Source: Maricaulis maris
GTDB taxonomy: Bacteria > Pseudomonadota > Alphaproteobacteria > Caulobacterales > Maricaulaceae
Length of the DNA: 64,000 nucleotides
Assembly: GCF_049116555.1 (NCBI RefSeq)
Contig: NZ_JAGDYT010000001.1
Location: 862,793 to 926,792 of the forward strand
Reading direction: 5' to 3'
Under the pieces are notes generated by a model that worked only from the letters and a program-made list of their open reading frames with translations, was not told where the DNA came from and did not search any database. Of the stretch, positions 1 to 10,502 are shown piece after piece. Position 1 is the first letter of the stretch. Every line of letters begins with the position of its first letter. Position numbers and translations under genes: made by a program.

Positions 1-10
1 CGGAGTGGGC

Positions 11-732
11 CTAATCCCCCCGCGCCGGCCAGAGCCGGCTGCGCAACCAGCCCACCGTCGAGTTTCCGGCGAGGGACTGCCGGTAGGCCGTATCCATGAA
101 CCGGTCCAGACCCTCCACGTCGGCGAACAGGTCGGAGCGGGTCTTCATCGGGGCGTCGGGATCTATGCGCTTTATGACCTTTGCCGGATTGCCGGCGACG
201 ATGGTCCAGGGCTCGACGTCCTTGGTGACCACCGAGCGGGCGCCGACGACGGAATGGTCGCCAATGGTCACACCCTTGCCGACAAAGGCGCCATCACCGA
301 TCCAGACATTGCGGCCCAGCTTGACCGGTTTGAAGTCCGGCTGCGGGTCGACCCGGTCGTGGATGGAGTGCCAGTCGCAATCAGTGATCGTGACCTTGTT
401 GGCGATCAGGGCGGCGTCGCCGATCTCGATCTGCCCGGCGGCCAGGATACGTGTGCCGGGGGCCAGGAAGACGTGATCGCCGAGGCTGATCCGCCCGGCC
501 TGGGTCTGCGGTGACCAGACGGTGAGGCGGACCGGATCATGCGTGTTGGCGATGACATGGAGATGGTCGCCGGCGGTGATATTGGGGCCGAAGACCTCGA
601 CCGCCCAGGGCAGGACGATCTTGGGCGCGCGGCCGATCTCGGCGAAGTGCGGGGCCAGGAAATGGCCGGCCCAGGCATTCTCGAACTGCTCCCAGAAACG
701 GTGCATCCAATAGGGGCGGTGATCGCGGCGCA
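11..732 (-). CDS. Hexapeptide-repeat (LbH) acyltransferase, maltose/galactoside O-acetyltransferase-like
   Basis: LbH repeats (LGRNVWIGDGAFVGKGVTIGDHSVVGARSVVTKDV..AGNPAKVIK); start set at MRRDHRPY (ATG 732). Confidence 0.8.
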
Positions 733-869
733 TGGGGTGTCCCGTCTGGTTGGCGGCTGTGTCTGCAACTTGCCGCACGGCGCGGCGGAGGCAAAGCTTT
801 CACCTGCATGAGACAAGACGGGGCCCGCCCTGTCTCGTCGGCGAAACAGGCGGCAGGCCGGAGGGATTG

Positions 870-1307
870 ATGAGTTTGAGCGTGTCCATGGATGCGGCAG
901 CCGTCGCTGCCTATCTCGACGAGGTCTTCCCGCAATGGAATCAGGGCGGGATCAAGTTCGGGATCGAACGGATCGACCCCGGTCGCGCCATTGTCAGTGC
1001 CGAGGCCCAGGCCGCGCATCTGCGACCGGGCGGAACCGTGTCGGGTCCGACCCTTTTCACCCTGGCCGACTTTGCCGCCTATGCCGTCATTCTCGGTCAT
1101 GTCGGCAGGCAGGCGCTGGCGGTGACGACCAATCTCAACATCAACTTCCTGCGCAAGGCGCCTCCCGGGCCGGTGACCGGGCATTGCCGGCTGCTGAAAC
1201 TGGGGTCGCGACTGGCAGTCACCGATTGTGATATCACCGCCGGCGGCTCGGACGACTTGATTGCCCAGGCCAGCGCGACCTATTCCTTGCCGCCCAAGAC
1301 CAGCTGA
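870..1307 (+). CDS. PaaI family (hotdog-fold) thioesterase
   Basis: HLRPGGTVSGPTLFTLAD and AVTTNLNINFLRK motifs; GAGGG RBS before ATG 870. Confidence 0.85.
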   Translation: MSLSVSMDAAAVAAYLDEVFPQWNQGGIKFGIERIDPGRAIVSAEAQAAHLRPGGTVSGPTLFTLADFAAYAVILGHVGRQALAVTTNLNINFLRKAPPGPVTGHCRLLKLGSRLAVTDCDITAGGSDDLIAQASATYSLPPKTS

Positions 1308-1310
1308 GGC

Positions 1311-1592
1311 TTGATCCCGATGACCGACACGCCTGAAACCGACCCGACCGGCCCTGATCCGATCGAGGATATTATCCTGTCGCTGGTCGCGGCCGCACCA
1401 GAGAACCGCTCGATCTCGCCCGCCGATGTCGCCAAGGCCGTCGATCCCGAGCGCTTCAATCGCAAATTCGGTCATGTCCGCCAGGCCGCCATTCGCCTCG
1501 CCAAGGCTGGCAAGGTGACCATTCTGCGCAAGGGCAAGCCGGTCGAGGATCCGGAGACTTTCAAGGGTGTCTGGCGGATTGGCCGCGCCTGA
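1311..1592 (+). CDS. DUF3253 family small winged-helix-like protein
   Basis: SISPADVAKA...VRQAAIRLA...ILRKGKPVEDP..FKGVWRI pattern. Confidence 0.7.
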   Translation: MIPMTDTPETDPTGPDPIEDIILSLVAAAPENRSISPADVAKAVDPERFNRKFGHVRQAAIRLAKAGKVTILRKGKPVEDPETFKGVWRIGRA

Positions 1593-2169
1593 TCTCCACG
1601 CGCTTCTCGCGGATATCCGTGCCTGCCGGGTCTGCGCCGAGGCCATGCCGCATGAACCGCGCCCGGTCATTCAGGCCCATCCGGATGCCCGGATTCTTCT
1701 GGTCGGCCAGGCTCCGGGGACACGAGTCCACGCCTCGGGCAAGCCTTTCACCGACCCGTCCGGGGACCGGCTGCGCGACTGGCTGCAGATCGATGCGGCG
1801 GATTTCTACGACCCGGCCAAGCTCGCCATTGTCCCGATGGGCTTTTGCTTCCCGGGTCTGGACGCCAGGGGCGGCGATCTGCCGCCGCGCCGGGAATGTG
1901 CTCCATTGTGGCAGAGACGCGTGCGCGAGAGCCTGCCCAATATTCGACTGACCTTGCTGGTTGGCCAGTATGCCCAGCGCTTCTGGCTGGGTTCGCAGGC
2001 GCACAAGACGCTGACCGAAACCGTGCGTCACGCGGCCGGATTCGGGCCTGATTTTCTACCACTCCCCCATCCCTCATGGCGGAATAGTGGTTGGTTGCGC
2101 AAAAACCCCTGGTTTGGGGAAATAATTCTCCCGATGTTGCGGTGCCGCATAAAAGAATTGTTACCGTGA
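1567..2169 (+). CDS. Uracil-DNA glycosylase superfamily protein
   Basis: IRACRVC..GQAPG..PMGFCFPG..DLPPRREC..LPHPSWRN motifs; exact start uncertain. Confidence 0.85.
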   Translation: MSGGLAAPDLHALLADIRACRVCAEAMPHEPRPVIQAHPDARILLVGQAPGTRVHASGKPFTDPSGDRLRDWLQIDAADFYDPAKLAIVPMGFCFPGLDARGGDLPPRRECAPLWQRRVRESLPNIRLTLLVGQYAQRFWLGSQAHKTLTETVRHAAGFGPDFLPLPHPSWRNSGWLRKNPWFGEIILPMLRCRIKELLP

Positions 2170-2288
2170 CCACGTTTCGGGGTGTTTTCGAGCGCTTGTG
2201 TGTTGCCCTCTGAAAGGGTATTCCGGCGCCCGAAATCGCGGCTCCGCAAGCGGCGGCCGTATCAGCTGAACAAAAGGGTTTGCTGCCT

Positions 2289-3362
2289 ATGAGCGTTCTC
2301 GAGCATCCGTCTTTCGACAATCACGAGAGAATTCTTTTCGCGACCGACGAAGTCACCGGCCTGAAAGCCATCATCGGTGTCCACTCCACGGTCAGCGGTC
2401 CCGCCTGCGGTGGCTGCCGCATGTGGACCTATCCCAATTCGGAGGCTGCGCTCCAGGACGTGCTGCGCCTGTCCCAGGGGATGAGCTACAAGAATATCAT
2501 GGCCGATCTGCCGATCGGCGGCGGCAAGTCCGTCATCATGAAGCCGGAAGGGTCCTTTGACCGTCGCGCCCTGTTCGAGGCCTTTGGCCGGGCCGTGGCC
2601 AGCCTCAATGGCCTGTACATCACGGCCGAGGATGTCGGCGTCAGCCCGGACGACATGATGGCCGTGCGCGCCTCGACCGAGCATGTCGTCGGCCTGCCGG
2701 AAGGCAAGGACGCGTCCGGTGACCCGTCGCCGGTGACCGCCGAGGGCGTGTTCCGCGGCATGAAAGTCTGCGTCGAGCGCGGTCTGGGCAAGTCGGACAT
2801 GTCCGGCGTCAAGGTCGCCATCCAGGGCGCGGCCGGCCATGTCGGTGCCTATCTGGCCGGCCATCTGGCCAAGGCGGGTGCCGAGCTTTTCATCACCGAT
2901 ATCAACCAGGACGGTCTCGAGCGTCTCAAGGCCGAGCATGGTGCCACCATTGTCGGTCTCGATGACATTTATGGGCTCGATGTCGATGTCTTCGCACCCT
3001 GTGCACTAGGCTCGGTGATCAATCCGGACACGATTGACCGCATCAAGGCGAAGATCATCGCCGGCGCCGCCAACAACCAGCTCGCCACGCGCGAAATGGG
3101 CGCTGAAATTCTCAAGCGTGGCAAGGTCTACGCGCCGGACTATGTCCTCAATGCCGGCGGCATCATCAATGTGATGGGCGAGATCGCCGGCGACTTCAAT
3201 CCGGAATGGGTCCAGGGCAAGCTGGTCGGTCTCGAGAACACGCTGGGCGAGATCCTCGACCAGTCCGAGAGCGAAGGGCGCCCCTCCAACCTCATCGCCG
3301 ACGAGATCGCCCGTCAGCGCATCGAGGAAAAGCGTGCCGCCAAGCTGGGCAAGGCCGCTTAA
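2289..3362 (+). CDS. ldh: Leu/Phe/Val (Glu/Leu/Phe/Val family) dehydrogenase
   Basis: GGCRM, GMSYKN, GGGKSVI, YITAEDVG, GDPSPVTAEGV, AGAANNQL motifs. Confidence 0.85.
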   Translation: MSVLEHPSFDNHERILFATDEVTGLKAIIGVHSTVSGPACGGCRMWTYPNSEAALQDVLRLSQGMSYKNIMADLPIGGGKSVIMKPEGSFDRRALFEAFGRAVASLNGLYITAEDVGVSPDDMMAVRASTEHVVGLPEGKDASGDPSPVTAEGVFRGMKVCVERGLGKSDMSGVKVAIQGAAGHVGAYLAGHLAKAGAELFITDINQDGLERLKAEHGATIVGLDDIYGLDVDVFAPCALGSVINPDTIDRIKAKIIAGAANNQLATREMGAEILKRGKVYAPDYVLNAGGIINVMGEIAGDFNPEWVQGKLVGLENTLGEILDQSESEGRPSNLIADEIARQRIEEKRAAKLGKAA

Positions 3363-3387
3363 GTCACACTGTATGACGCTTACACTG

Positions 3388-3418
3388 AAGCGCCCCTGCC
3401 GGAAGGTGGGGGCGTTTT
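3388..3418 (+). terminator. Rho-independent terminator of ldh
   Basis: gcgcccctgcc-ggaa-ggtgggggcgt stem followed by tttt. Confidence 0.7.
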
Positions 3419-3441
3419 GCTGTTTGGGGGAGACGTTCAGC

Positions 3442-3560
3442 TTGTCATCCTGGCCGGATGGCCGGCGTAGGCTGGCCACAGAGCGGAGACCTGACTGGTC
3501 GCACATTTAGGTCCCTGATCTCCGCCCGGCTCGGGGTCGGGTGTGTGTCGGGGGTGAGAA
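3442..3560. repeat. Degenerate REP-like palindromic unit (GTCATCC-type)
   Basis: ttgtcatcctgg (3442) roughly complements cgggggtgagaa (ending 3560); internal hairpins tggccggc/gctggcca and gcggaga/tctccgc. Confidence 0.45.
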
Positions 3561-3591
3561 AAAGGGGGGCGCGCGCAACGCGCGGAAAACT

Positions 3592-3720
3592 CCTTACATG
3601 TCTTGCCAGCCAGCGGGCCGTATCCGGGTTTTCAGGTCAAGGGCGCGTGCGCGCCGCTTCGCGGTTCCACCCTTGAGCTGAAAACCCGGATACGGCGAAC
3701 TCCCGGCATGCCGTGTAAGG
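3592..3720. repeat. 129-bp nested inverted-repeat element (MITE/REP-like), copy 1
   Basis: 16-bp terminal IR (13/16 match) 3592-3607/3705-3720; perfect 19-bp inner IR 3617-3635/3678-3696 plus 7 bp 3637-3643/3670-3676. Confidence 0.75.
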
Positions 3721-4068
3721 CGCGGCCTGCGCGGCGCGCTCTCCGATACCCACCCATTGTCACCGTCACCCCCCGGCTTGCCCGGGGGACGTCAACTCAC
3801 TCATGGACGGGGTCGCGCATGCTGTCCTGGTCGAACGCCGAGTCTTAGCCGGGCCGAATGCGGGTCACTTGTGAGAGATGGGCTGTGATGCGCTTCACCT
3901 TCGCAAGCATTTCCAATTCTCCGATCAGAAAACCGCCGCCTGATTTCCTGTACCGGGCGCGACCGCCACTCATCGCTTGACCCGACTCCGCTGATGCGGC
4001 CTGCTGGCGCGCGTGTGCCGGACGGACGTTCGCGCCTCGCCTTGCCCTGACACCAAAGGATCGATCAC

Positions 4069-4944
4069 GTGGAAGCCCTGACCGCTCTCCTCTCCGACCT
4101 GCCCTTGTGGGGCCGACTGCTGGCTTTTGCCGGAATGGCGGTCGCGGCCCATGGCCTGGTACTGGCGATCCGCGTGATGGCTAATCTGGTGATCGCGGTG
4201 CGGACCGAGCGCAAGCACGCCAAGCTGCGCTCGGTGACTTCGATGGCCGCCAGCGCTCTGATCTTCACGATCTACTTCGTGATCGTCGGCTTCATCCTGC
4301 ACGAGCTGGGCGTGTCACTGACCGCCTATCTGGCCAGCGCCTCGGTGATCGGCCTGGCGATCGGTTTCGGCTCTCAGGGCGTGGTCCAGGACGTCGTCAA
4401 CGGTGTCACCTTCATCTTCTCCGACCTTCTGGACATCGGCGATCTGGTCGAGATTTCCGGTCAGACCGGGATCGTCAAGGCGATCTCCATGCGCTTTGTG
4501 GAGCTGGAGAACGCGCTGGGGGCCAGTGTCTTCATTCCCAATCGCACGATCACCAATGTGATCAATTATCCGCGCGGCTATATCCGCTGCATCGTCGATG
4601 TGACGCTGACCGGTGACCCGGCCGAGCGCGATACCGCGGAAGAGACGGCGACCACGCTGATGCATGGCTTCTACGAGCAGTTTCCCGGCATCTTCCTGTC
4701 GCGGCCGTCCAATGTCGGGCGGACGCGCCTGTCTTCCGGGCGCGAATTCGTCCGGATCAAGTTCCGGATCTGGCCCGGTCGCGCCCAGCCGATCGAGACG
4801 ATTTATCGCGAGGAAGTCGTCGCCGCCTTCGTCGGCAAGGACTGCGATTACAAGTCGTGGATGGTTGCGGTCAGCTTTGAGGTCGAGGACCGTCCGGAAG
4901 CTGTGCGGCCGCGCCTGAATATCGTCTGGCCGGGCGGCAACTAG
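4069..4944 (+). CDS. MscS family mechanosensitive ion channel
   Basis: GLAIGFGSQGVVQDVVNG, IGDLVEISGQTGIVKAI, FIPNRTI motifs after TM helices. Confidence 0.85.
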   Translation: MEALTALLSDLPLWGRLLAFAGMAVAAHGLVLAIRVMANLVIAVRTERKHAKLRSVTSMAASALIFTIYFVIVGFILHELGVSLTAYLASASVIGLAIGFGSQGVVQDVVNGVTFIFSDLLDIGDLVEISGQTGIVKAISMRFVELENALGASVFIPNRTITNVINYPRGYIRCIVDVTLTGDPAERDTAEETATTLMHGFYEQFPGIFLSRPSNVGRTRLSSGREFVRIKFRIWPGRAQPIETIYREEVVAAFVGKDCDYKSWMVAVSFEVEDRPEAVRPRLNIVWPGGN

Positions 4945-4968
4945 CGACGGGTTGCGGCAGCGGCGCGG

Positions 4969-6168
4969 CTAGAAGGCGATCACGGTGGCGCCGAAGGCAA
5001 CGGCTATGCTGGTGACCAGGCCGAGGGCCGGGGCCCAGATCGGGGCGCGAAAGGCATCGTCGCGACTGGGCTGGCCGCGCATCCGCAAGGCCAGCAAGGC
5101 CGCATTTACCAGTGCAAAGACGAGAAGGGTCACAGTCGAAGCGAGGATTGCCAATTGGCCGAGAACGCCGGACAGGACGAGGGTCGCGACCAGCAAGGCC
5201 GCCACACCGGTAGCGATGAAGGGCGTGTTTCGTTTTGGGTGGATGGTCCCGAACGCGCGTGGCGCGAGCCCGCGTTTTGACAGGCCATAGAGCACCCGCG
5301 CTGCCATGATGATCTGAACCAGCGCACCATTGACCATGGCCAGAAGCGCGACATAGGCGATCGCCGCGCCGGACCGCCCCGTGGCCTGTTCGAACAGCGC
5401 CGCCAGCGGGCCATCGGCCTGTGCCAGCATGTCTGGCGACATGGTGCGGACCGCGACCCAGGCGACCGCAAAGTAGAACAGGGCCGAGACCGTCAGCGTG
5501 ACCAGAATGGCGAGGGGCAGGGTGTGGCGCGGCCGTTTGACCTCCTCGGCCATGTTGGCGATGTCCTCGAAGCCGATAAAGGCAAAGAAGGCCATCACGC
5601 TGGCCGCGAACAGCCCGGTCCAGGGGATGGCGATGTCCGGGATGATCGGCGCCGGGGCGGCGATGGCTCCGGGAGCGGCCACAAAGATGATCACCAAAAG
5701 ACCGAGCGCCTCGACGATGGTGACCGCCCCGGCGACCCAGATCGATTCCTTGACCCCCCAGATCGCGATCAGGCTCAGCATGGCCAGGGCGCTGATCATT
5801 GAAACCCAGGTCGGGATGTTGGCCAGCTCGCTGACATAGCCGGCAAAGCCGTGCAAGACGACCGCAGCCGACGTCGCCCCGGACAGGGTCACGCCATATC
5901 CGGCGATCGCGGTCAGTACGCGGCGGTCGAAGGCACGGCTGACATAGGCGGCTTCCCCGGCGCTTTCCGGATAGCGCGACCCCAGTTCTGCATAGGACAG
6001 GGCGGTGAGCCCGGCGAGGGCGCCGGCGAGCAGGAAGGCCAGCGGCGTATAGACACCAGCCACGCCCGCCATCTCGCCGACCAGCGCATATATGCCGGCG
6101 CCGAGGGTGACACCCAGCCCGTACAATACCAGTTCGATCGGGCCGATGACTCGCTTGAGCTTCGCCAT
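4969..6168 (-). CDS. APC family amino acid permease
   Basis: LGAGIYAL, YAELGSRYPESAGE, FFAFIGFEDIANMAEEVKRP motifs; multiple TM segments. Confidence 0.85.
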   Translation of the reverse strand: MAKLKRVIGPIELVLYGLGVTLGAGIYALVGEMAGVAGVYTPLAFLLAGALAGLTALSYAELGSRYPESAGEAAYVSRAFDRRVLTAIAGYGVTLSGATSAAVVLHGFAGYVSELANIPTWVSMISALAMLSLIAIWGVKESIWVAGAVTIVEALGLLVIIFVAAPGAIAAPAPIIPDIAIPWTGLFAASVMAFFAFIGFEDIANMAEEVKRPRHTLPLAILVTLTVSALFYFAVAWVAVRTMSPDMLAQADGPLAALFEQATGRSGAAIAYVALLAMVNGALVQIIMAARVLYGLSKRGLAPRAFGTIHPKRNTPFIATGVAALLVATLVLSGVLGQLAILASTVTLLVFALVNAALLALRMRGQPSRDDAFRAPIWAPALGLVTSIAVAFGATVIAF

Positions 6169-6260
6169 GTGGCGCAGCCTACACCAGTTTCACGCAGATG
6201 CGGGGCGCAATTCGGGGCGGAACCGCAATCGCTTCGAAACCGGGGGCAGGGGCGTCGCGG

Positions 6261-7292
<1,032 letters not shown>

Positions 7293-7317
7293 GCGGCGTC
7301 CCCCCGGGGCGTTCTGG

Positions 7318-8940
7318 CTATCGATCCTGTCTCGATAGGTAGCGGGCCACGAAGATCATGGGAAGCAGGGCGACCAGCGGAATGAGGAGTGAGGGCAGGG
7401 CCGCTTCTCCCAGACGCTCATCGCTGGCGAAGTTGTGGGCGATGATGGCCAGGGTGTCATAGTTGAACGGGCGCAGGATCATGGTCGCCGGCAATTCCTT
7501 GAGCACTTCGACAAAAACGAGGAGCCCGGCCGAGGTCACCCCGGCGACGATCAGTGGCCAGTGAATGTGCCAGACGCGCTGGCCGCGGCTCGCGCCCAGC
7601 GTCCGCGCGGCACCATCCAGCGAGGGGGTGACACGTGTCAGCGCGGTTTCGGCCGGACTGATGGCGGCGGCGGCAAAGCGCGAGAGATAGGCAAAGACCA
7701 GCGCCGCCCCCGTGCCGGTCAGCAGGATGGGGAAGACCTCCCCGGTGATGGCCCGCCAGGCCGGGTCGAGCAGGGATTGGGTGCCGGAAAGAATGGCGAT
7801 CACGCCAACGGCGGCGACAGCGCCGGGGACGGCATAGCCCAGACCGGCAGCCCGGGCGGCCAGGGTCGCGATGGCCGTATGGCTGCGCAGGGCATAGGCG
7901 GTGGCGAGGCCCAGCGCGGCGGCGATCAGCGCCGTGATCGCGGCCAGGGTCAGCGAATGCCAGCTGGCCGCGGCGAGGCCGGGCGCGGTCTCGGTATGGG
8001 CAGCCAGCCAGATCAGGCGGCCGAGCGGGATCAGCATGCCGAGGGCCAGTGGCAGCAGGCAGGCGCCCAGGGCGCCGAGCGTCTGCACGCCGTTCAGATG
8101 GATGCGCGGCGAGGGCTTGTGACGGCCAGCGGCATTGATGCTGCGCGCGCGGCGGCGCTGGGCCCGTTCCAGGCCGAAGACCAGCATGGCGATGAAGACG
8201 AGGACGAGGGAGAGGCGGGCAGCGTCGACCAGCGATCCAGCCCCGCTCCAGGCGCGTATCAGGCCGATCGACAGGGTCGGCGCGCCGAGATGCGAGACCG
8301 TGCCGTAATCGGCCAGGCTTTCCATCACCACCAGCGCCAGACCGGCGGCAATCGCCGGGCGTGCCATGGGCAGGGAGGTGCGCCAGAAGGCGGTCAGCGG
8401 ACCAGCCCCAAGTGTGCGGGCGGCGTTATAGGCGTCTGCGGACTGGCTGGAAAAAGTGTTGCGGGCCAGCAGGTAGACATAGGGATATAGGACGAGGGCA
8501 AACATCAGCCCCGCTCCCCAGCTGCCGCGAATGGTCGGGAAGAGACCGCCGCTCGCAGCGTGCAACGGCCCGCCGGCGGCGCTGAGATCGAGCCACGCAT
8601 AGGCGGCGACATAGGCCGGTACGGCGAGGGGCAGGATCAGGATCCAGCCCAGTGTGCGGCGACCAATGAAGTCGGTCCGCGCCATCAGCCAGCCGAGTCC
8701 GGTACCGATCAGCCCGGCACCGCCGGCGGCGATCAGGCCAACCAGCGCCGAGGTCGCGATATAGGTGGGCAGGCGTGTGCCGGCGAGATGGCGCAGATAA
8801 TCACCGGTCTCGCCGGACAGGCCGATCCACATCACAGCCAGGATCGGCGCCGCGCACAGGGTCGCGGCGAGGATGGCCAGGCTGGTGGCGCGCCCGGGCA
8901 GGATCCGGCCCGGGCTCCTGAAGGCAGTCGCCAGGCGCAC
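7318..8940 (-). CDS. fbpB: Fe3+ ABC transporter permease (duplicated domain)
   Basis: Two EAA-like loops (ARTLGA x2), LVVMESLADYG, VEVLKELPAT. Confidence 0.85.
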   Translation of the reverse strand: MRLATAFRSPGRILPGRATSLAILAATLCAAPILAVMWIGLSGETGDYLRHLAGTRLPTYIATSALVGLIAAGGAGLIGTGLGWLMARTDFIGRRTLGWILILPLAVPAYVAAYAWLDLSAAGGPLHAASGGLFPTIRGSWGAGLMFALVLYPYVYLLARNTFSSQSADAYNAARTLGAGPLTAFWRTSLPMARPAIAAGLALVVMESLADYGTVSHLGAPTLSIGLIRAWSGAGSLVDAARLSLVLVFIAMLVFGLERAQRRRARSINAAGRHKPSPRIHLNGVQTLGALGACLLPLALGMLIPLGRLIWLAAHTETAPGLAAASWHSLTLAAITALIAAALGLATAYALRSHTAIATLAARAAGLGYAVPGAVAAVGVIAILSGTQSLLDPAWRAITGEVFPILLTGTGAALVFAYLSRFAAAAISPAETALTRVTPSLDGAARTLGASRGQRVWHIHWPLIVAGVTSAGLLVFVEVLKELPATMILRPFNYDTLAIIAHNFASDERLGEAALPSLLIPLVALLPMIFVARYLSRQDR

Positions 8941-8942
8941 GC

Positions 8943-9983
8943 CTACTGCCAGCCGACCCGATCAAAGATGCGCTGGGCCGTCTCATTGTGATCGCCCAGA
9001 TCGGAGACATTCAGATTGTCTTCGTTGAAGGGCAGCATCGCCGCGAGGGTCGGGTTTTCCCAGCTGACATCGGTGCGGACCGGGATTTCATTGGTCATCT
9101 CGGCAAAGGCGCGCTGGGCCGTGTCGGAGAAGAAATACGCGATCAGGGCGCGGGCATTGTCCGCGTTCGGCGCGTTCACGGCGATGCCGGCACCGGACAC
9201 GTTCACATGGGCGCCGGTCGTGTCCTGATTGGGGAAGAAGAGCGTCACCTGCGCGGCGGCAGCCTGGGCGGCCGGGTCGTCGGAATTGACCATCATCGCG
9301 TAGTAATAATGGTTGGTGATGGCGACATCGCACTCGCCGGCAGCAATGCCGTTGATCTGGGTACGGTCACCGCCTTGCGGGTCGCGCGCCATGTTGTCGA
9401 CGATGGCCTGGGCCCAGGCCTGCGCGCCCTCTTCGCCGAGATGGGCGACCAGGGAAGCCAGAAGGGACTGGTTATAGGCATTGCCGCTGCCACGGACGCA
9501 GATACGGCCCTGCCATTGCGGATCGGCGAGGTCCTCATAGGACGTGATTTCGCCGGGCTGGACGCGCGTGTTCGACCAGGCAATCACGCGGGAGCGTTTG
9601 GCGAAGCTGACCCAATAGCCTTCCGGGTCGACCAGATTGGCCGGGACCGAGCCGGTCAGGTCGGAGAAATCGGTCTGCGCGAACAGGCCGGCCTCCTCGG
9701 CGCGGTGCAGGCGGGCGGCGTCGACGGTGATGATGACATCGGCCGGGCTGCGCTCGCCATCGGCGCGCACGCGCTCGATCAGCTGGTCGCCATTGGCCGA
9801 GACGAGATTGACCTCGATACCGGTCTCTTCGGTGAAGGCGGCATAAATCGCGGCGTCGCTGGAATAGTGGCGGGCGCTGTAGACATTGACGACTTGCGCG
9901 GTCTCGCTGACCTCATCGGCCGGCTGGGAACAGGCTGCAACAGCGAGGCTGGCAGCAAATGCGAGGAGTTTCACCGATTTCAT
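8943..9983 (-). CDS. fbpA: Fe3+ ABC transporter substrate-binding lipoprotein (FutA/FbpA type)
   Basis: Lipobox LAVAAC, VNVYSARHY, SPADVIITVDA, NHYY iron-ligand motif. Confidence 0.85.
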   Translation of the reverse strand: MKSVKLLAFAASLAVAACSQPADEVSETAQVVNVYSARHYSSDAAIYAAFTEETGIEVNLVSANGDQLIERVRADGERSPADVIITVDAARLHRAEEAGLFAQTDFSDLTGSVPANLVDPEGYWVSFAKRSRVIAWSNTRVQPGEITSYEDLADPQWQGRICVRGSGNAYNQSLLASLVAHLGEEGAQAWAQAIVDNMARDPQGGDRTQINGIAAGECDVAITNHYYYAMMVNSDDPAAQAAAAQVTLFFPNQDTTGAHVNVSGAGIAVNAPNADNARALIAYFFSDTAQRAFAEMTNEIPVRTDVSWENPTLAAMLPFNEDNLNVSDLGDHNETAQRIFDRVGWQ

Positions 9984-9994
9984 GGCTCACCTGT

Positions 9995-10040
9995 TAAGAC
10001 TGACTTGCAATACCTCTCCCATCTCTGAGAATGTTTCGCA
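9995..10040. promoter_or_regulatory. Two putative Fur-type 7-1-7 boxes upstream of the iron ABC operon
   Basis: TGAGAAT-G-TTTCGCA at 10026-10040 and TGCAAGT-C-AGTCTTA (minus strand) at 9995-10009. Confidence 0.5.
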
Positions 10041-10175
10041 AGAAGTCCGTGCAGGAATTTGCTGCGCCATGGCGCCGCAGGCAGGGTTGCGCGGAATGGG
10101 GCAGGGAGATTCGCGAGGAATCAACGCGCATGTTCGCGGTCTTCATCGGTCCGGTGGGGCGGGGAAGATTGGAAA

Positions 10176-10250
10176 TGGTGGGCGATACTGGGATTGAACC
10201 AGTGACCCCCTCGGTGTGAACGAGGTGCTCTCCCGCTGAGCTAATCGCCC
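10176..10250 (-). tRNA. tRNA-Val (CAC)
   Basis: 75-nt cloverleaf GGGCGATTAGCTCAGCGGGAGAGC..., anticodon arm CCTCG-TTCACAC-CGAGG, encoded CCA. Confidence 0.95.
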
Positions 10251-10502
10251 GGGTGTTTCCGGAAAGCGACCGTATAAGCAGGCACTTCGGACGGGTCAAC
10301 TACGCGAGGAAGTTGAAGTGCAGATGACACTTGCGGCGCATGCGACAACTTGCCACACCTTCCTACTCTCGTCATATGCGCCTGCTCCCTATATCAGCCT
10401 CCACCAAGCTGGAATTCGGCCGCAGTGGCCGGTCCCGTCAATCACCCGATTGGACGCAATTCCCGGCCGAGGACAGCTTCGGTCGAGCAGGAGGTTTTGT
10501 TC

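Noticed and set aside
3564-3745. Rod-like hairpin as 6S RNA, SRP RNA or RNase P RNA
   Set aside because: No recognisable conserved motifs of these RNAs, wrong gene context, and a decayed second copy points to a repeat element
3846-3975. 40-42 codon ORFs on both strands after the repeat cluster
   Set aside because: No RBS, no recognisable motif, not similar to GIY-YIG or RAYT proteins
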